Virus record (IMG/VR): IMGVR_UViG_3300033463_000038
Coordinates: 32,001 to 96,000 of that record
DNA length: 64,000 bases
Source of the DNA: a virus
Lineage: Duplodnaviria > Caudoviricetes
Direction: 5' to 3' (one strand)
Position numbers and translations under genes: made by a program. The notes below the pieces were generated by a model. It was not told where the DNA came from. It worked only from the letters and a program-made list of their open reading frames with translations, and searched no databases. This document shows, in pieces, positions 53,434 through 62,088 of this stretch. Numbering within the stretch: the first letter of the stretch is position 1; each line of letters begins with the position of its first letter.

Positions 53434-56364
53434 ATGGCTAATACGGCTTACAACGTCCCAGGAGTTGGCTACACTGAAGTCGACAACACTGTGATGCCGA
53501 ATGCTACTCCAGGTGAGGGAATTGGAGCTATCGTTATCAACGCAAACAGAGGATATCCTAACCAGCGTGTTCTCTGTACGTCGATCGACAAGTTTCACGA
53601 GTATTTCGGCACACCAGACGATCCGAATCAATATGGACACTTCGCTGCTCAGGTCTATTTCGAGCAGGGTGGTGCTACTCAGCTTCTCGCTGTGAGAGCT
53701 ACTCAGGGTGATGAAGGCTACGCTCAGATTCAGTACCCTTACACTGACTCTATCGATAAGCAAGATCTAAACAAGATTCATCAGAGACTCGATTTCGTCG
53801 ACAACGGTATGCTTGACAATCTGAAGATCGTCGAAGCTGTTACATCTGGTGATATTTCTCACGATTTGAGTAAACAAGAAGGATTCGAAGGAGCTGGATT
53901 CTCTGACAACGAAGGCGTATTCGAGTATCGAGCTAAGTCGAGGGTCGGAACAGTCAATGATATCTTCAACAGTGCATACGACTACGGCGACATCTACGTC
54001 TATCGTGATACCGAATATGACGACAATGAAGAGGGCAAGGCTTACTACGACGGAACTGGCAAGGCCATGTTCGCTGTTACCAGCGGCGATATCACGCTAA
54101 CGTCTGGCGATACGTTCAACCAGTCTCTCACTTCTGCTTACGCAGTTGGTAATGCTGCTTACTACGAGACTATGATCGCTATCGAGAGCTCTGCATCACT
54201 TTCTGGAGAAACTCTAACTCAGAAGGTTTATGCAAAGAAGATCGAAGGAACGACTGTCAATCTCGATTCTCTCATGGGAGATGCTCAGATGCCTCAGAAG
54301 ACAGACGTCAGTTCTGAAACTGTCAAGAAGCTGACTCTAGTCGACTGGGATGACAGCTTGATCAAGTCGTTCATCGTCAAGAAATCTGAATGGAATCCTG
54401 AAGACGTCAAGGCTCTGCAGTTCACAGAATATGGCACTGCCGACAGCCGTTATCTTCTCGTCAAGGCAGATGGACTCAGCGTTCAGAACTGCAATGACGC
54501 AACAGACTCTGATCTGCGCTACGTAGCAGATGAATACGGAGTTCAGGTAGCGGACATCAACAACGTTAATTACGCTATCATCAAGTATAAGCTCGCAAAG
54601 AGCGAGGATGACGAAATTCAGATCATCTTGGCTGTCGTCGACAAGTCTAAGTATGGCACTCAGCCGTCTGGATCTCATGTCGAATCTCTCGCTGACGCAG
54701 CTCTCGCTTACGAGTACACTTGGTCTCTGTTCAAGGAAGTCAATCAGAAGAAGATCACTATCGTTCCGACTTACGGAAGCCCGATAACGAAGTCTATCAT
54801 CAAGCCGTGGCAGATCGGAGACGTCGATTCTGATATCGATCCGTTGGTCGCTATCTCTTCGACAGAAGTCTTCTCGGATCCGACTGGCATCTGGAAGGAC
54901 GGCTATACACCAGCTTGCGAAACAGATGGCGAACCTGGTAACGGCGACATCGAGTCTTATCAGTCTAACAAGAAGGATCAGCTCGTGATCGCTGCAATCG
55001 GTCCTGGCGAATTCGGTAACGATGTCGGCATCTCCGTCATCACTCCTGAAGCTGCTAAGATTCCTGCTCTCTATGGTCCTAACGCGTTCTCTTGGCTATA
55101 TCGCTATGACGATGAAGACAAGGTTGACGCAGACGGCCTCGACTATACGCAGAATCCGGACAACCTGACTTGGAAGAAAGTCTACAAGATCAACGTCTAC
55201 GTGAAGGCCCACTCTAAGACAGCTGCAGTCTGGGGATTCGGTCTTGATGCTCTGTCAAGCTCTCCAGTCGAATCTTGGCTCGTCTCTAACGATCCTTCTG
55301 CAAAGGACGAGAACGGCAACAGCCTCTGGGCTCCTTACGTGATCAACGGCAAGTCCAACTACATCTACGTATCTAAGAAGTCAGTTGAAGCTGCTAAGGA
55401 TCGCTTCGGCAACTACTCTATGCCGGAAATGACATGGTCTATCTACCAGATGACCGGTGGTACGAATTCTAAGCTGAACAACGTCAAGGAAAAGACGAAG
55501 GGTCTAGATCTGTACAAGAATAGAAAGAAAGCTACGCTTGACTATCTGTTCAACGTCGAACCTATCGAGACTTTCTCTGGAAAGCAGAAGTACATGGCTA
55601 TGCAGACTCGTATCGGTCAGATCGCTTCTGACAGAAAAATGGACCTCGGCATCATCCAGTGTACGTCTAAGGAAGCTAAGACGATCCGTCTCAAGGTTTC
55701 CGAGGGTAAGATGTTCAGCTTCGGCAATGGCTCTTACGTCGCTGGATATGATGACTATGATCGTTACTTCGATCCGTTCACCAGCACTTACGTGATGCTT
55801 CCTAAGTCGGTAGCTGCTGCAGTCGCTTGCTGCTTCTGCGATACCTATCTTCAGCCTTGGATGGCTCCTGCTGGTACGACACAGGGACGTATCGCTTATT
55901 CTGACCGTACGATGACGAGACTCGACGATGATGAATTTGGACAGCTGTTCGACATCAACGTCAATGCTTCTCAGTTCTTCCAGGGCTCTGGCGAGTGCTT
56001 GATGGCACAGAAGACGATGTTGAAGAAGGAGTCTGCTTTCAACAGAATCGACATCAGAAAACTATGCAATTATATTGAGAAGTATCTCGAAGGCAAGCTG
56101 ACTCCTTATCTCTATCGTAAGAACACGTCTACAGAGCGTTCTTCTATGAAGACTGCTGTCGATACCTTCATCGGTCGCATTCAGTCTGCTGGTGGAATCA
56201 TCTGGCGAGACGTCAAGGTCATCCCTGACGAGAAGAACACTCATCTCGTCTACGTGAAGATCAAGTTCATTCCAGCAGAATCGATCGAGAGAATCGAAGT
56301 TGTGCTCGACCTGAACAGAAATACTGGAACTATTACTGCTACTGAGGCAGTAACTCGTCTCTAA
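53434..56364 (+). CDS. tail sheath protein, T4 gp18-like, enlarged
   Basis: PGVGYTEVD, FGTP, GPGEFGN, PWMAPAG..QG, SAFNRIDIRKL, FIPAESIERI. Confidence 0.93.
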   Translation: MANTAYNVPGVGYTEVDNTVMPNATPGEGIGAIVINANRGYPNQRVLCTSIDKFHEYFGTPDDPNQYGHFAAQVYFEQGGATQLLAVRATQGDEGYAQIQYPYTDSIDKQDLNKIHQRLDFVDNGMLDNLKIVEAVTSGDISHDLSKQEGFEGAGFSDNEGVFEYRAKSRVGTVNDIFNSAYDYGDIYVYRDTEYDDNEEGKAYYDGTGKAMFAVTSGDITLTSGDTFNQSLTSAYAVGNAAYYETMIAIESSASLSGETLTQKVYAKKIEGTTVNLDSLMGDAQMPQKTDVSSETVKKLTLVDWDDSLIKSFIVKKSEWNPEDVKALQFTEYGTADSRYLLVKADGLSVQNCNDATDSDLRYVADEYGVQVADINNVNYAIIKYKLAKSEDDEIQIILAVVDKSKYGTQPSGSHVESLADAALAYEYTWSLFKEVNQKKITIVPTYGSPITKSIIKPWQIGDVDSDIDPLVAISSTEVFSDPTGIWKDGYTPACETDGEPGNGDIESYQSNKKDQLVIAAIGPGEFGNDVGISVITPEAAKIPALYGPNAFSWLYRYDDEDKVDADGLDYTQNPDNLTWKKVYKINVYVKAHSKTAAVWGFGLDALSSSPVESWLVSNDPSAKDENGNSLWAPYVINGKSNYIYVSKKSVEAAKDRFGNYSMPEMTWSIYQMTGGTNSKLNNVKEKTKGLDLYKNRKKATLDYLFNVEPIETFSGKQKYMAMQTRIGQIASDRKMDLGIIQCTSKEAKTIRLKVSEGKMFSFGNGSYVAGYDDYDRYFDPFTSTYVMLPKSVAAAVACCFCDTYLQPWMAPAGTTQGRIAYSDRTMTRLDDDEFGQLFDINVNASQFFQGSGECLMAQKTMLKKESAFNRIDIRKLCNYIEKYLEGKLTPYLYRKNTSTERSSMKTAVDTFIGRIQSAGGIIWRDVKVIPDEKNTHLVYVKIKFIPAESIERIEVVLDLNRNTGTITATEAVTRL

Positions 56365-56381
56365 TCTCCTACTATAACTAG

Positions 56382-56413
56382 AAAATCCCGCTTAACCACA
56401 GCGGGATTTTTTT
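56382..56413 (+). terminator. intrinsic terminator
   Basis: AAAATCCCGCT / AGCGGGATTTT plus T-tract. Confidence 0.85.
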
Positions 56414-56426
56414 GTATAAATATTCT

Positions 56427-56837
56427 ATGCTTCCTATAACAGAATCATCGGACTTCAAGCGCGTAGGCGATACCGTAGAGGCTGGCTACTACGATCTGAC
56501 GTTGTTTAATGACAGTGAGATGTACGAATGCTCTAACTTCTACGCGATGGATCAGGCTATCGAAAACTATCTGTTGACGATTCCTGGAGAACGGCTATTC
56601 AATCTGACGTTTGGTAGTCCATTATATTCAGTATTGTACAAGAAGAATAGCAACACTGAAGAGCTAAGAGAGATGATATACAGCGATGTCGAGAACGCAT
56701 TGAGAATCTCTATCGACAGAAGCACAGCTGAGCTCGGGAGCACAGAGGATCCGCATATTTTAAAAATCCACTTCAGATATTCTACACTAGACGGAGCAAT
56801 CTTAAATCATGAATTCGTTAGAAGATTCAGCAAATAG
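56427..56837 (+). CDS. baseplate wedge/sheath initiator, gp25-like
   Basis: AIENYLLTIPGERLFNLTFGS; TATAAATA at 56415. Confidence 0.88.
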   Translation: MLPITESSDFKRVGDTVEAGYYDLTLFNDSEMYECSNFYAMDQAIENYLLTIPGERLFNLTFGSPLYSVLYKKNSNTEELREMIYSDVENALRISIDRSTAELGSTEDPHILKIHFRYSTLDGAILNHEFVRRFSK

Positions 56838-57219
56838 AGTAGCAGAAGCTTACAAATCTTTTAAGATCGAAGATACTAAATTAGGCAAACACTGCTCCTA
56901 TAATCCATATACCGACGAGATTACACTCAGTTTCGAGACAATTAAGCGCTATCTAGACATCTTCAAGATTCTTCATGAATTAGCGCACAGAGATCAGAGA
57001 GATGTAGAGCTTTTATACTCGGCTACAGGCTTGATAGAGTTGAACGCTAACAAGATAGCCTCTGAAGCATATCAGCTACTTGGATATCCTCTTACGTACG
57101 AAGTCACAAGATATATCAACTACAACAACTTGTATTGGCTCAACTCTGATCTTACGCAGCGAGAGATAATGAGAAAGATCGCTGGAAAGAAGGAACTTAT
57201 ATGGCGTCTACCTGCATAG
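56809..57219 (+). CDS. ImmA/IrrE-like metallopeptidase
   Basis: LHELAH and downstream ELNAN. Confidence 0.55.
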   Translation: MNSLEDSANRVAEAYKSFKIEDTKLGKHCSYNPYTDEITLSFETIKRYLDIFKILHELAHRDQRDVELLYSATGLIELNANKIASEAYQLLGYPLTYEVTRYINYNNLYWLNSDLTQREIMRKIAGKKELIWRLPA

Positions 57220-58010
57220 AACAAGCAAAGGAAGAACTAAAGAAATTCAACGACATCTCGATCGAACCGGTCGCACACAAGTACAGCGACTCTAAAGGCA
57301 CTAAGTACACTTCCGTGACTACTTTCGTCGGTAAGTTCGCTGTTCCGTTCGACAAGGGCAAAATGGCTCTTAAATGCGCTCTACGGGACGCAAGACCAGT
57401 CAATGAAGTGTTGGATGAGTGGGAACAGAAAGGAGCTTACGCTCGCTGTCTGGGCACTGAAGTGCACGCTGTGATGGAACATCTGTGGAAACAGGACGAG
57501 AACAAGCCTGACTACGACGCGATGAGCAAGTTTCCTGGAATGATCGAAGATTTTGAGTACCGCAAGGGAATCTGCGTGGACTTGTACGAGAAGATGAAGA
57601 ACGTGTACGAGCCGATCGCGAACGAAGTCATCGTGAACGACTCAGCGCTCGGCCTCTCTGGAACGATCGACTTCGTCGCTTACAACAAGCGCACTGACAC
57701 GATCGACATTCTTGACTGGAAGACTTCTAAGCAGTTCTCTGTAAGCTCTGGATCACAGATGATGAAGGATCCGTTTGGCGCATTTCCGAACACTAACGTG
57801 TCTGAGTACAGCCTACAGCTAAGCTTATATAAGTACATCGTTGAGAAACACACGGACCTGAAGATTAACGAGCTTCGCCTCTTCCAGATACCAGGAAAGG
57901 GAAAGATGAAGACGATCAAGTGCTACGACATGGTCGACATCTTGAAGTCCAAGCTATTCAATGCAGAGACTCTGTCGAACGGAGAAATACTAGAATTCGC
58001 ACAGAAATAA
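57201..58010 (+). CDS. PD-(D/E)xK exonuclease (RecB/Cas4-like)
   Basis: SVTT, GTEVH, E...SGTID...DWKT, YSLQLSLY. Confidence 0.85.
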   Translation: MASTCIEQAKEELKKFNDISIEPVAHKYSDSKGTKYTSVTTFVGKFAVPFDKGKMALKCALRDARPVNEVLDEWEQKGAYARCLGTEVHAVMEHLWKQDENKPDYDAMSKFPGMIEDFEYRKGICVDLYEKMKNVYEPIANEVIVNDSALGLSGTIDFVAYNKRTDTIDILDWKTSKQFSVSSGSQMMKDPFGAFPNTNVSEYSLQLSLYKYIVEKHTDLKINELRLFQIPGKGKMKTIKCYDMVDILKSKLFNAETLSNGEILEFAQK

Positions 58011-58084
58011 GAAAACTTCTTTAAAAGATGTAAAGCATTTTACAAATTCGGTTTGAAATTCGATAAATATATAAAAGACGAAAG

Positions 58085-58596
58085 ATTAAGATTTTCTGAA
58101 AAATCTATTTAGATTTCTCTTGAAAATACTTATATTATTCTTGGAAAATCAAAGGGAGTTTAAGATGGATAAGGACTATATCAAAACAGCTTACAACGAG
58201 ATCTGCTCGGTCATGTACAACGGAGAAACCCCGGTTATTACCGTTGAATACGGCAGTCCTGAGCTCAATAAGCTTAAGAAAGAGTTTGAGAAAGATGGTT
58301 TCTATTCGACTCTCATCAATCTTGACGACAAGAACGTGGAAGAGATCAGAAAAGACCTCGGCGTTCTGAAAGACACAATTCGTATGCTAGACGCAAAAAG
58401 CGTCGTATTCATCGAATTCCGTGGTGGAAACGAAGCTAAGTACAAAGAAGCTCTCGTCGTAAAGGAGCATCTCAGCGGTTTCTGCATTATCGTCAAGAAG
58501 ATTTGGAAGCAAGAAGGGATCGAAATCGGAAAAATCTAAAAAAAATTAAGATTTTCTGAAAAATCTATTTAGATTTCTCTTGAAAATACTTATATT
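58085..58596 (+). repeat. identical 52-bp direct repeats (58085-58136, 58545-58596) each containing an early promoter
   Basis: ATTAAGATTTTCTGAAAAATCTATTTAGATTTCTCTTGAAAATACTTATATT twice. Confidence 0.95.
58165..58539 (+). CDS. hypothetical early protein
   Basis: GGGAG SD, ATG 58165, between direct repeats. Confidence 0.7.
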   Translation: MDKDYIKTAYNEICSVMYNGETPVITVEYGSPELNKLKKEFEKDGFYSTLINLDDKNVEEIRKDLGVLKDTIRMLDAKSVVFIEFRGGNEAKYKEALVVKEHLSGFCIIVKKIWKQEGIEIGKI

Positions 58597-58642
58597 TACT
58601 ATGTAAACAACAAAAGATCTAACTTCAACAAGGACCATAACT

Positions 58643-59164
58643 ATGATCAACACTGCCGCACTCTCCGCCCTCAAGGGAACTCACAACTCTGTCAAGATCA
58701 TCACGACCAAGCAGGGTTCTCCGTTCAACGAAACTAAGAAGAACAAGGCTGCTCTTCTCGAACTCGGCATCGACGTCGACAAGATGGTCAAGGTCACCAC
58801 TTTCGACTGCTTCGCTGGTTCCGACATCGACTACAAGGAACTCTACAAAGAACGCGCTGGTGAAGAAAAGGAATCCCGTCCGATCAACACCAACAACACT
58901 TGGGTCGAAGGTCTCGAAGGCATCCTCATGACCAACTCCACGACTGGCAACAAGCTCGTCCGCATCTACACGGACAACAACCATCGCGCTAAGTCTGTCT
59001 ACATCTACAACGGCGAAATCTTCGACAACTACAAAGAAAAGTACGCCGAATACCTCAAGAAGCCCCGCGTGGTAAACGAAAAGGCTGAAGGACTCTGCCC
59101 CATGTCCCTCACCCTCGAAACCATCACCTCCATCGAAGTCGACGGTCAGAAGGTCGCTCTCTAA
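58643..59164 (+). CDS. hypothetical highly expressed early protein
   Basis: Early promoter, ACAAGGACCA leader, extreme C-ending codon bias. Confidence 0.8.
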   Translation: MINTAALSALKGTHNSVKIITTKQGSPFNETKKNKAALLELGIDVDKMVKVTTFDCFAGSDIDYKELYKERAGEEKESRPINTNNTWVEGLEGILMTNSTTGNKLVRIYTDNNHRAKSVYIYNGEIFDNYKEKYAEYLKKPRVVNEKAEGLCPMSLTLETITSIEVDGQKVAL

Positions 59165-59204
59165 TCCGTCTCGCTTCGCTAAAGTCAACGTAGTCATAAC
59201 CTCA

Positions 59205-59233
59205 AAGAGGACCTTACCTCAGGTCCTCTTTTC
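59205..59233 (+). terminator. intrinsic terminator
   Basis: AAGAGGACCT-TACCTC-AGGTCCTCTT-TT. Confidence 0.85.
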
Positions 59234-59381
59234 CGTGTTCGTAGCGAAAATTTTAGCACTTAAATAATGTTAAATTGTTTTTTAAGAAGTCCTCATAATT
59301 TCGTTTAACCTGAGAATTTTCGATCCGCTCTATCGCTTGGACTTCTTGATCGAAATTCTCTTCAGCTTGAGGAAAATATCG

Positions 59382-59840
59382 ATGGCAATCGCACGATATA
59401 ACCTAAAGATCGTCGCAAATGGAAAGGTGCTTATCGCACTTCCAACGACATCCAAGACGGCTGGGCACAATGACTGGGTTCTTCCCAGTGATCTAATGAC
59501 AGTCGAAAATCCAGCAAACGACGTCAGAAAGCTGTTCAGCAGACTGACTGGCCGCGACATTGAAGAAGTCGCTCGCAACTATCACGCTCTTCAGTACGTT
59601 CAGCGTGTTGAAGACGAGAAGATCAACTATCGCACAGAGATCTATCTCGATGAAGAACTTCCGATGAGCTTCTCTACTTGCTCTCTCACTCGCTATGACA
59701 AGGCGAACGAGATGAGAATTCCGAAGTATGTCAAGTTCAAGTGGGTCGATGAAGATGAGCTGTACTACTGGCTGACCCGTCAGTACTGCCGTCTCGAAGA
59801 TATCCGTATCTCTTACTTCTATCCCGAGAACGGCCGATAA
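59382..59840 (+). CDS. degenerate Nudix-fold-like protein
   Basis: KVLI...W.LP....E.P.......LTG and FKWVDEDEL; catalytic Nudix glutamates absent. Confidence 0.4.
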   Translation: MAIARYNLKIVANGKVLIALPTTSKTAGHNDWVLPSDLMTVENPANDVRKLFSRLTGRDIEEVARNYHALQYVQRVEDEKINYRTEIYLDEELPMSFSTCSLTRYDKANEMRIPKYVKFKWVDEDELYYWLTRQYCRLEDIRISYFYPENGR

Positions 59841-59852
59841 GGAGCTCGTTCT

Positions 59853-60131
59853 ATGGAATGTGAGAATATTGATTTTCTAGTAGATACAGCGAAAGAACAC
59901 GTTGTTCTGAAGAACGAAGAGATCAAGGAAATCGTAGAGAAACGCTACTATTCCGAAGTGATCGACTTGGTTAGAGGAATGACGCAGGCAGAGCTGCAGA
60001 TTCTCTACTATTGGGGATTCAGGCTCCGCAACTTCATCTTCTGCTCGGCTGCATCTCAGGAACTGAGAGAACATTACGGCCTTACGCCGAACTATGAGCT
60101 GTGCAGCGAACGTATGTCTGAATACACTTAG
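59853..60131 (+). CDS. hypothetical protein
   Basis: AAGGAG SD. Confidence 0.7.
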   Translation: MECENIDFLVDTAKEHVVLKNEEIKEIVEKRYYSEVIDLVRGMTQAELQILYYWGFRLRNFIFCSAASQELREHYGLTPNYELCSERMSEYT

Positions 60132-60271
60132 AAGACAGAGAAAGTCCAGTTATAAATAAACTGGACGAAGCAATAAGAGGCGCTTCTCCACTTGAGGCGC
60201 TTCTTTTGTATGAGCTCCAGGCAAACTGCTGAATAGCTGCATGATCGTCCTAACAACTGTGCGAACTGCAC

Positions 60272-60745
60272 ATGGAGAATAATACAATGGAAGGCATCCT
60301 TAATAATGGTCTCACGCTAGCTGACCAGCTTCAAAACGCACTCAATCACTTCGACAGCTACATGCCGTCGTCTTTCGAAAAGGCTATCAAGTCCGAATTC
60401 CCATCTAACTGCCATTGGCCGTACAACGTCGTCGAGGAAGAAGATGGCTCTATCACGTACGAAGTCGCCGTCGTTGGAAAGACTAAAGACGACATCACCG
60501 TAACGTCTAAGGAAACGGATACGATCCCTATGCTCATCATCGAAGTCGAAGACGACAAGAAAGATTCTAAGCGCAAGATGATCGAAGAGAGAATCAAGCG
60601 CGGTCATCTCAGACTAGAGATCAGCGTCGAACCGAAGTACGATCTGTCTCAGATCAAGGCTAAGGTGCAGAACGGCCTCTTGACCGTCAACGTTCCTCTC
60701 GCCAAGATCCCAGAACCGAAAGTGACTAAGTACACTATCGAATAA
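60272..60745 (+). CDS. small heat-shock protein Hsp20 (start may be 60287)
   Basis: WPYNVVE, EVAVVG.TKDDI.V, AKVQNGLLTV.VP. Confidence 0.9.
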   Translation: MENNTMEGILNNGLTLADQLQNALNHFDSYMPSSFEKAIKSEFPSNCHWPYNVVEEEDGSITYEVAVVGKTKDDITVTSKETDTIPMLIIEVEDDKKDSKRKMIEERIKRGHLRLEISVEPKYDLSQIKAKVQNGLLTVNVPLAKIPEPKVTKYTIE

Positions 60746-60761
60746 AAAGCACCTAGAGAAC

Positions 60762-61463
60762 ATGGCAAATTTCGGAACAATAACGCTGTCTAATCTAACA
60801 GACCCACAGCCTTCTTACGAATGGACGAGAAAGGCTCTCACGAGCTCTATAAACGAGTATATCAGTAAATCTCTATCAGAGAACGTGAATATACCTTTGT
60901 TCGGCGTAGAAGGCTCTATTCTGTATCCTACAGCGGGTACTGTTCCGTATGCCTGTTCTCCAGGATCTTCTCAATGTGGAAGATTGATCTCTTTAGTTCC
61001 TGGGACAATTTCTGAGTCGGAATACGACTCTGTGGCTGCTAAAGCGCGCGAAGGAAGCGACTACTGGACGGAGTTCTTCGTCCTGATAGGGAAGGCATTG
61101 TTTAGATCGAAATTGACGGTAGCTCCGTATGTTCCAGATATAGGAAAATCTGGCTATTCGACAAGGATCGTCTATACGTCAGATACGTTGACAGCGATAT
61201 CCTCTAAGTACAAGAAGAGCACATTCACGCTAGCGAGCGTACTTTATGACTGGCGTGCTGCTGGATCTAAGATTAGCATCGAGATCGCTGAAAGTAAGCC
61301 GAGCGAATCTGCTCAATTGTGGAATTTCGTATCGGAACGTGTTCGCAACGCTGCTATAGCTACTACGAATATAAAGAGAAAGTATGTCGGCAACGTACAG
61401 AGAAGCACAGACCCTGAACCTGGATTGCTAAACGGATATATCTACGGAAGCTTAAAATTCTGA
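60762..61463 (+). CDS. hypothetical protein
   Basis: 233-aa ORF. Confidence 0.7.
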   Translation: MANFGTITLSNLTDPQPSYEWTRKALTSSINEYISKSLSENVNIPLFGVEGSILYPTAGTVPYACSPGSSQCGRLISLVPGTISESEYDSVAAKAREGSDYWTEFFVLIGKALFRSKLTVAPYVPDIGKSGYSTRIVYTSDTLTAISSKYKKSTFTLASVLYDWRAAGSKISIEIAESKPSESAQLWNFVSERVRNAAIATTNIKRKYVGNVQRSTDPEPGLLNGYIYGSLKF

Positions 61464-61470
61464 GGAAAAC

Positions 61471-62088
61471 ATGGCAGACACATTTCAGAAAAACGTAAAC
61501 AACTTCTCTAAGAACAAGTATCTCTTGTCAATAAGCAATATTCCGAACTTGACCGTCATTCCTGATGACGAAGTCGATCTGTCTGTATTCAACACTTCCG
61601 TAAAGTCTGTAGAGATCCCAAACATCACTCTCGCTCTACTTCATTCATATTTCAACCACGAGGACCAGAAGCATCCGAATCCTCAAGGCGCAAGAGAGAC
61701 TAATACTCTCAACGTTGAGTGGATGCTAGACTCTAAGTTCATGAACTACATTCTGTTCGCTGCTTGGGCTCAGGGCTCTCGCTACGGCATACCAGCTAGA
61801 GAACCGAGAGAAGATCTAGGAGAGGCTCTTCTCCGTGACAACTGCATCGACAGAATTGACATATATTCACTCGACAACACGGGCTTTCCGACTGCAAAGC
61901 TGTCGTTCTTTAGGGCATTCTTGACTGGATTAGGAAATCTTCCTCTCGAATTCGGTGACGCTTCGATTGTCACTTTTAATACTACGTTCGAATACGAGAA
62001 GTTTGGTCTCACTGTTCAACAAAAATTGGCTGATGGCACATGGGCCATCGAACCTTTAAAGAACAAGACTATCTCCGCTAAATCCTAG
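61471..62088 (+). CDS. tail tube terminator/tube-fold protein, T4 gp3-like
   Basis: VKSVEIPNITL, L.VEW.LD.KF.NY.....W, TF.TTFEYE. Confidence 0.65.
   Translation: MADTFQKNVNNFSKNKYLLSISNIPNLTVIPDDEVDLSVFNTSVKSVEIPNITLALLHSYFNHEDQKHPNPQGARETNTLNVEWMLDSKFMNYILFAAWAQGSRYGIPAREPREDLGEALLRDNCIDRIDIYSLDNTGFPTAKLSFFRAFLTGLGNLPLEFGDASIVTFNTTFEYEKFGLTVQQKLADGTWAIEPLKNKTISAKS

Noticed and set aside
57201-58010. Cas4 as part of a CRISPR-Cas system
   Set aside because: No Fe-S cysteine set, array or other cas genes; standalone PD-(D/E)xK nucleases are common in T4-like phages.
3615-58645. Repeated AT-rich ~30-50-bp sequences as CRISPR repeats or IS ends
   Set aside because: Dispersed, no regular spacers, no transposase; each has -35/-10 geometry before a gene.
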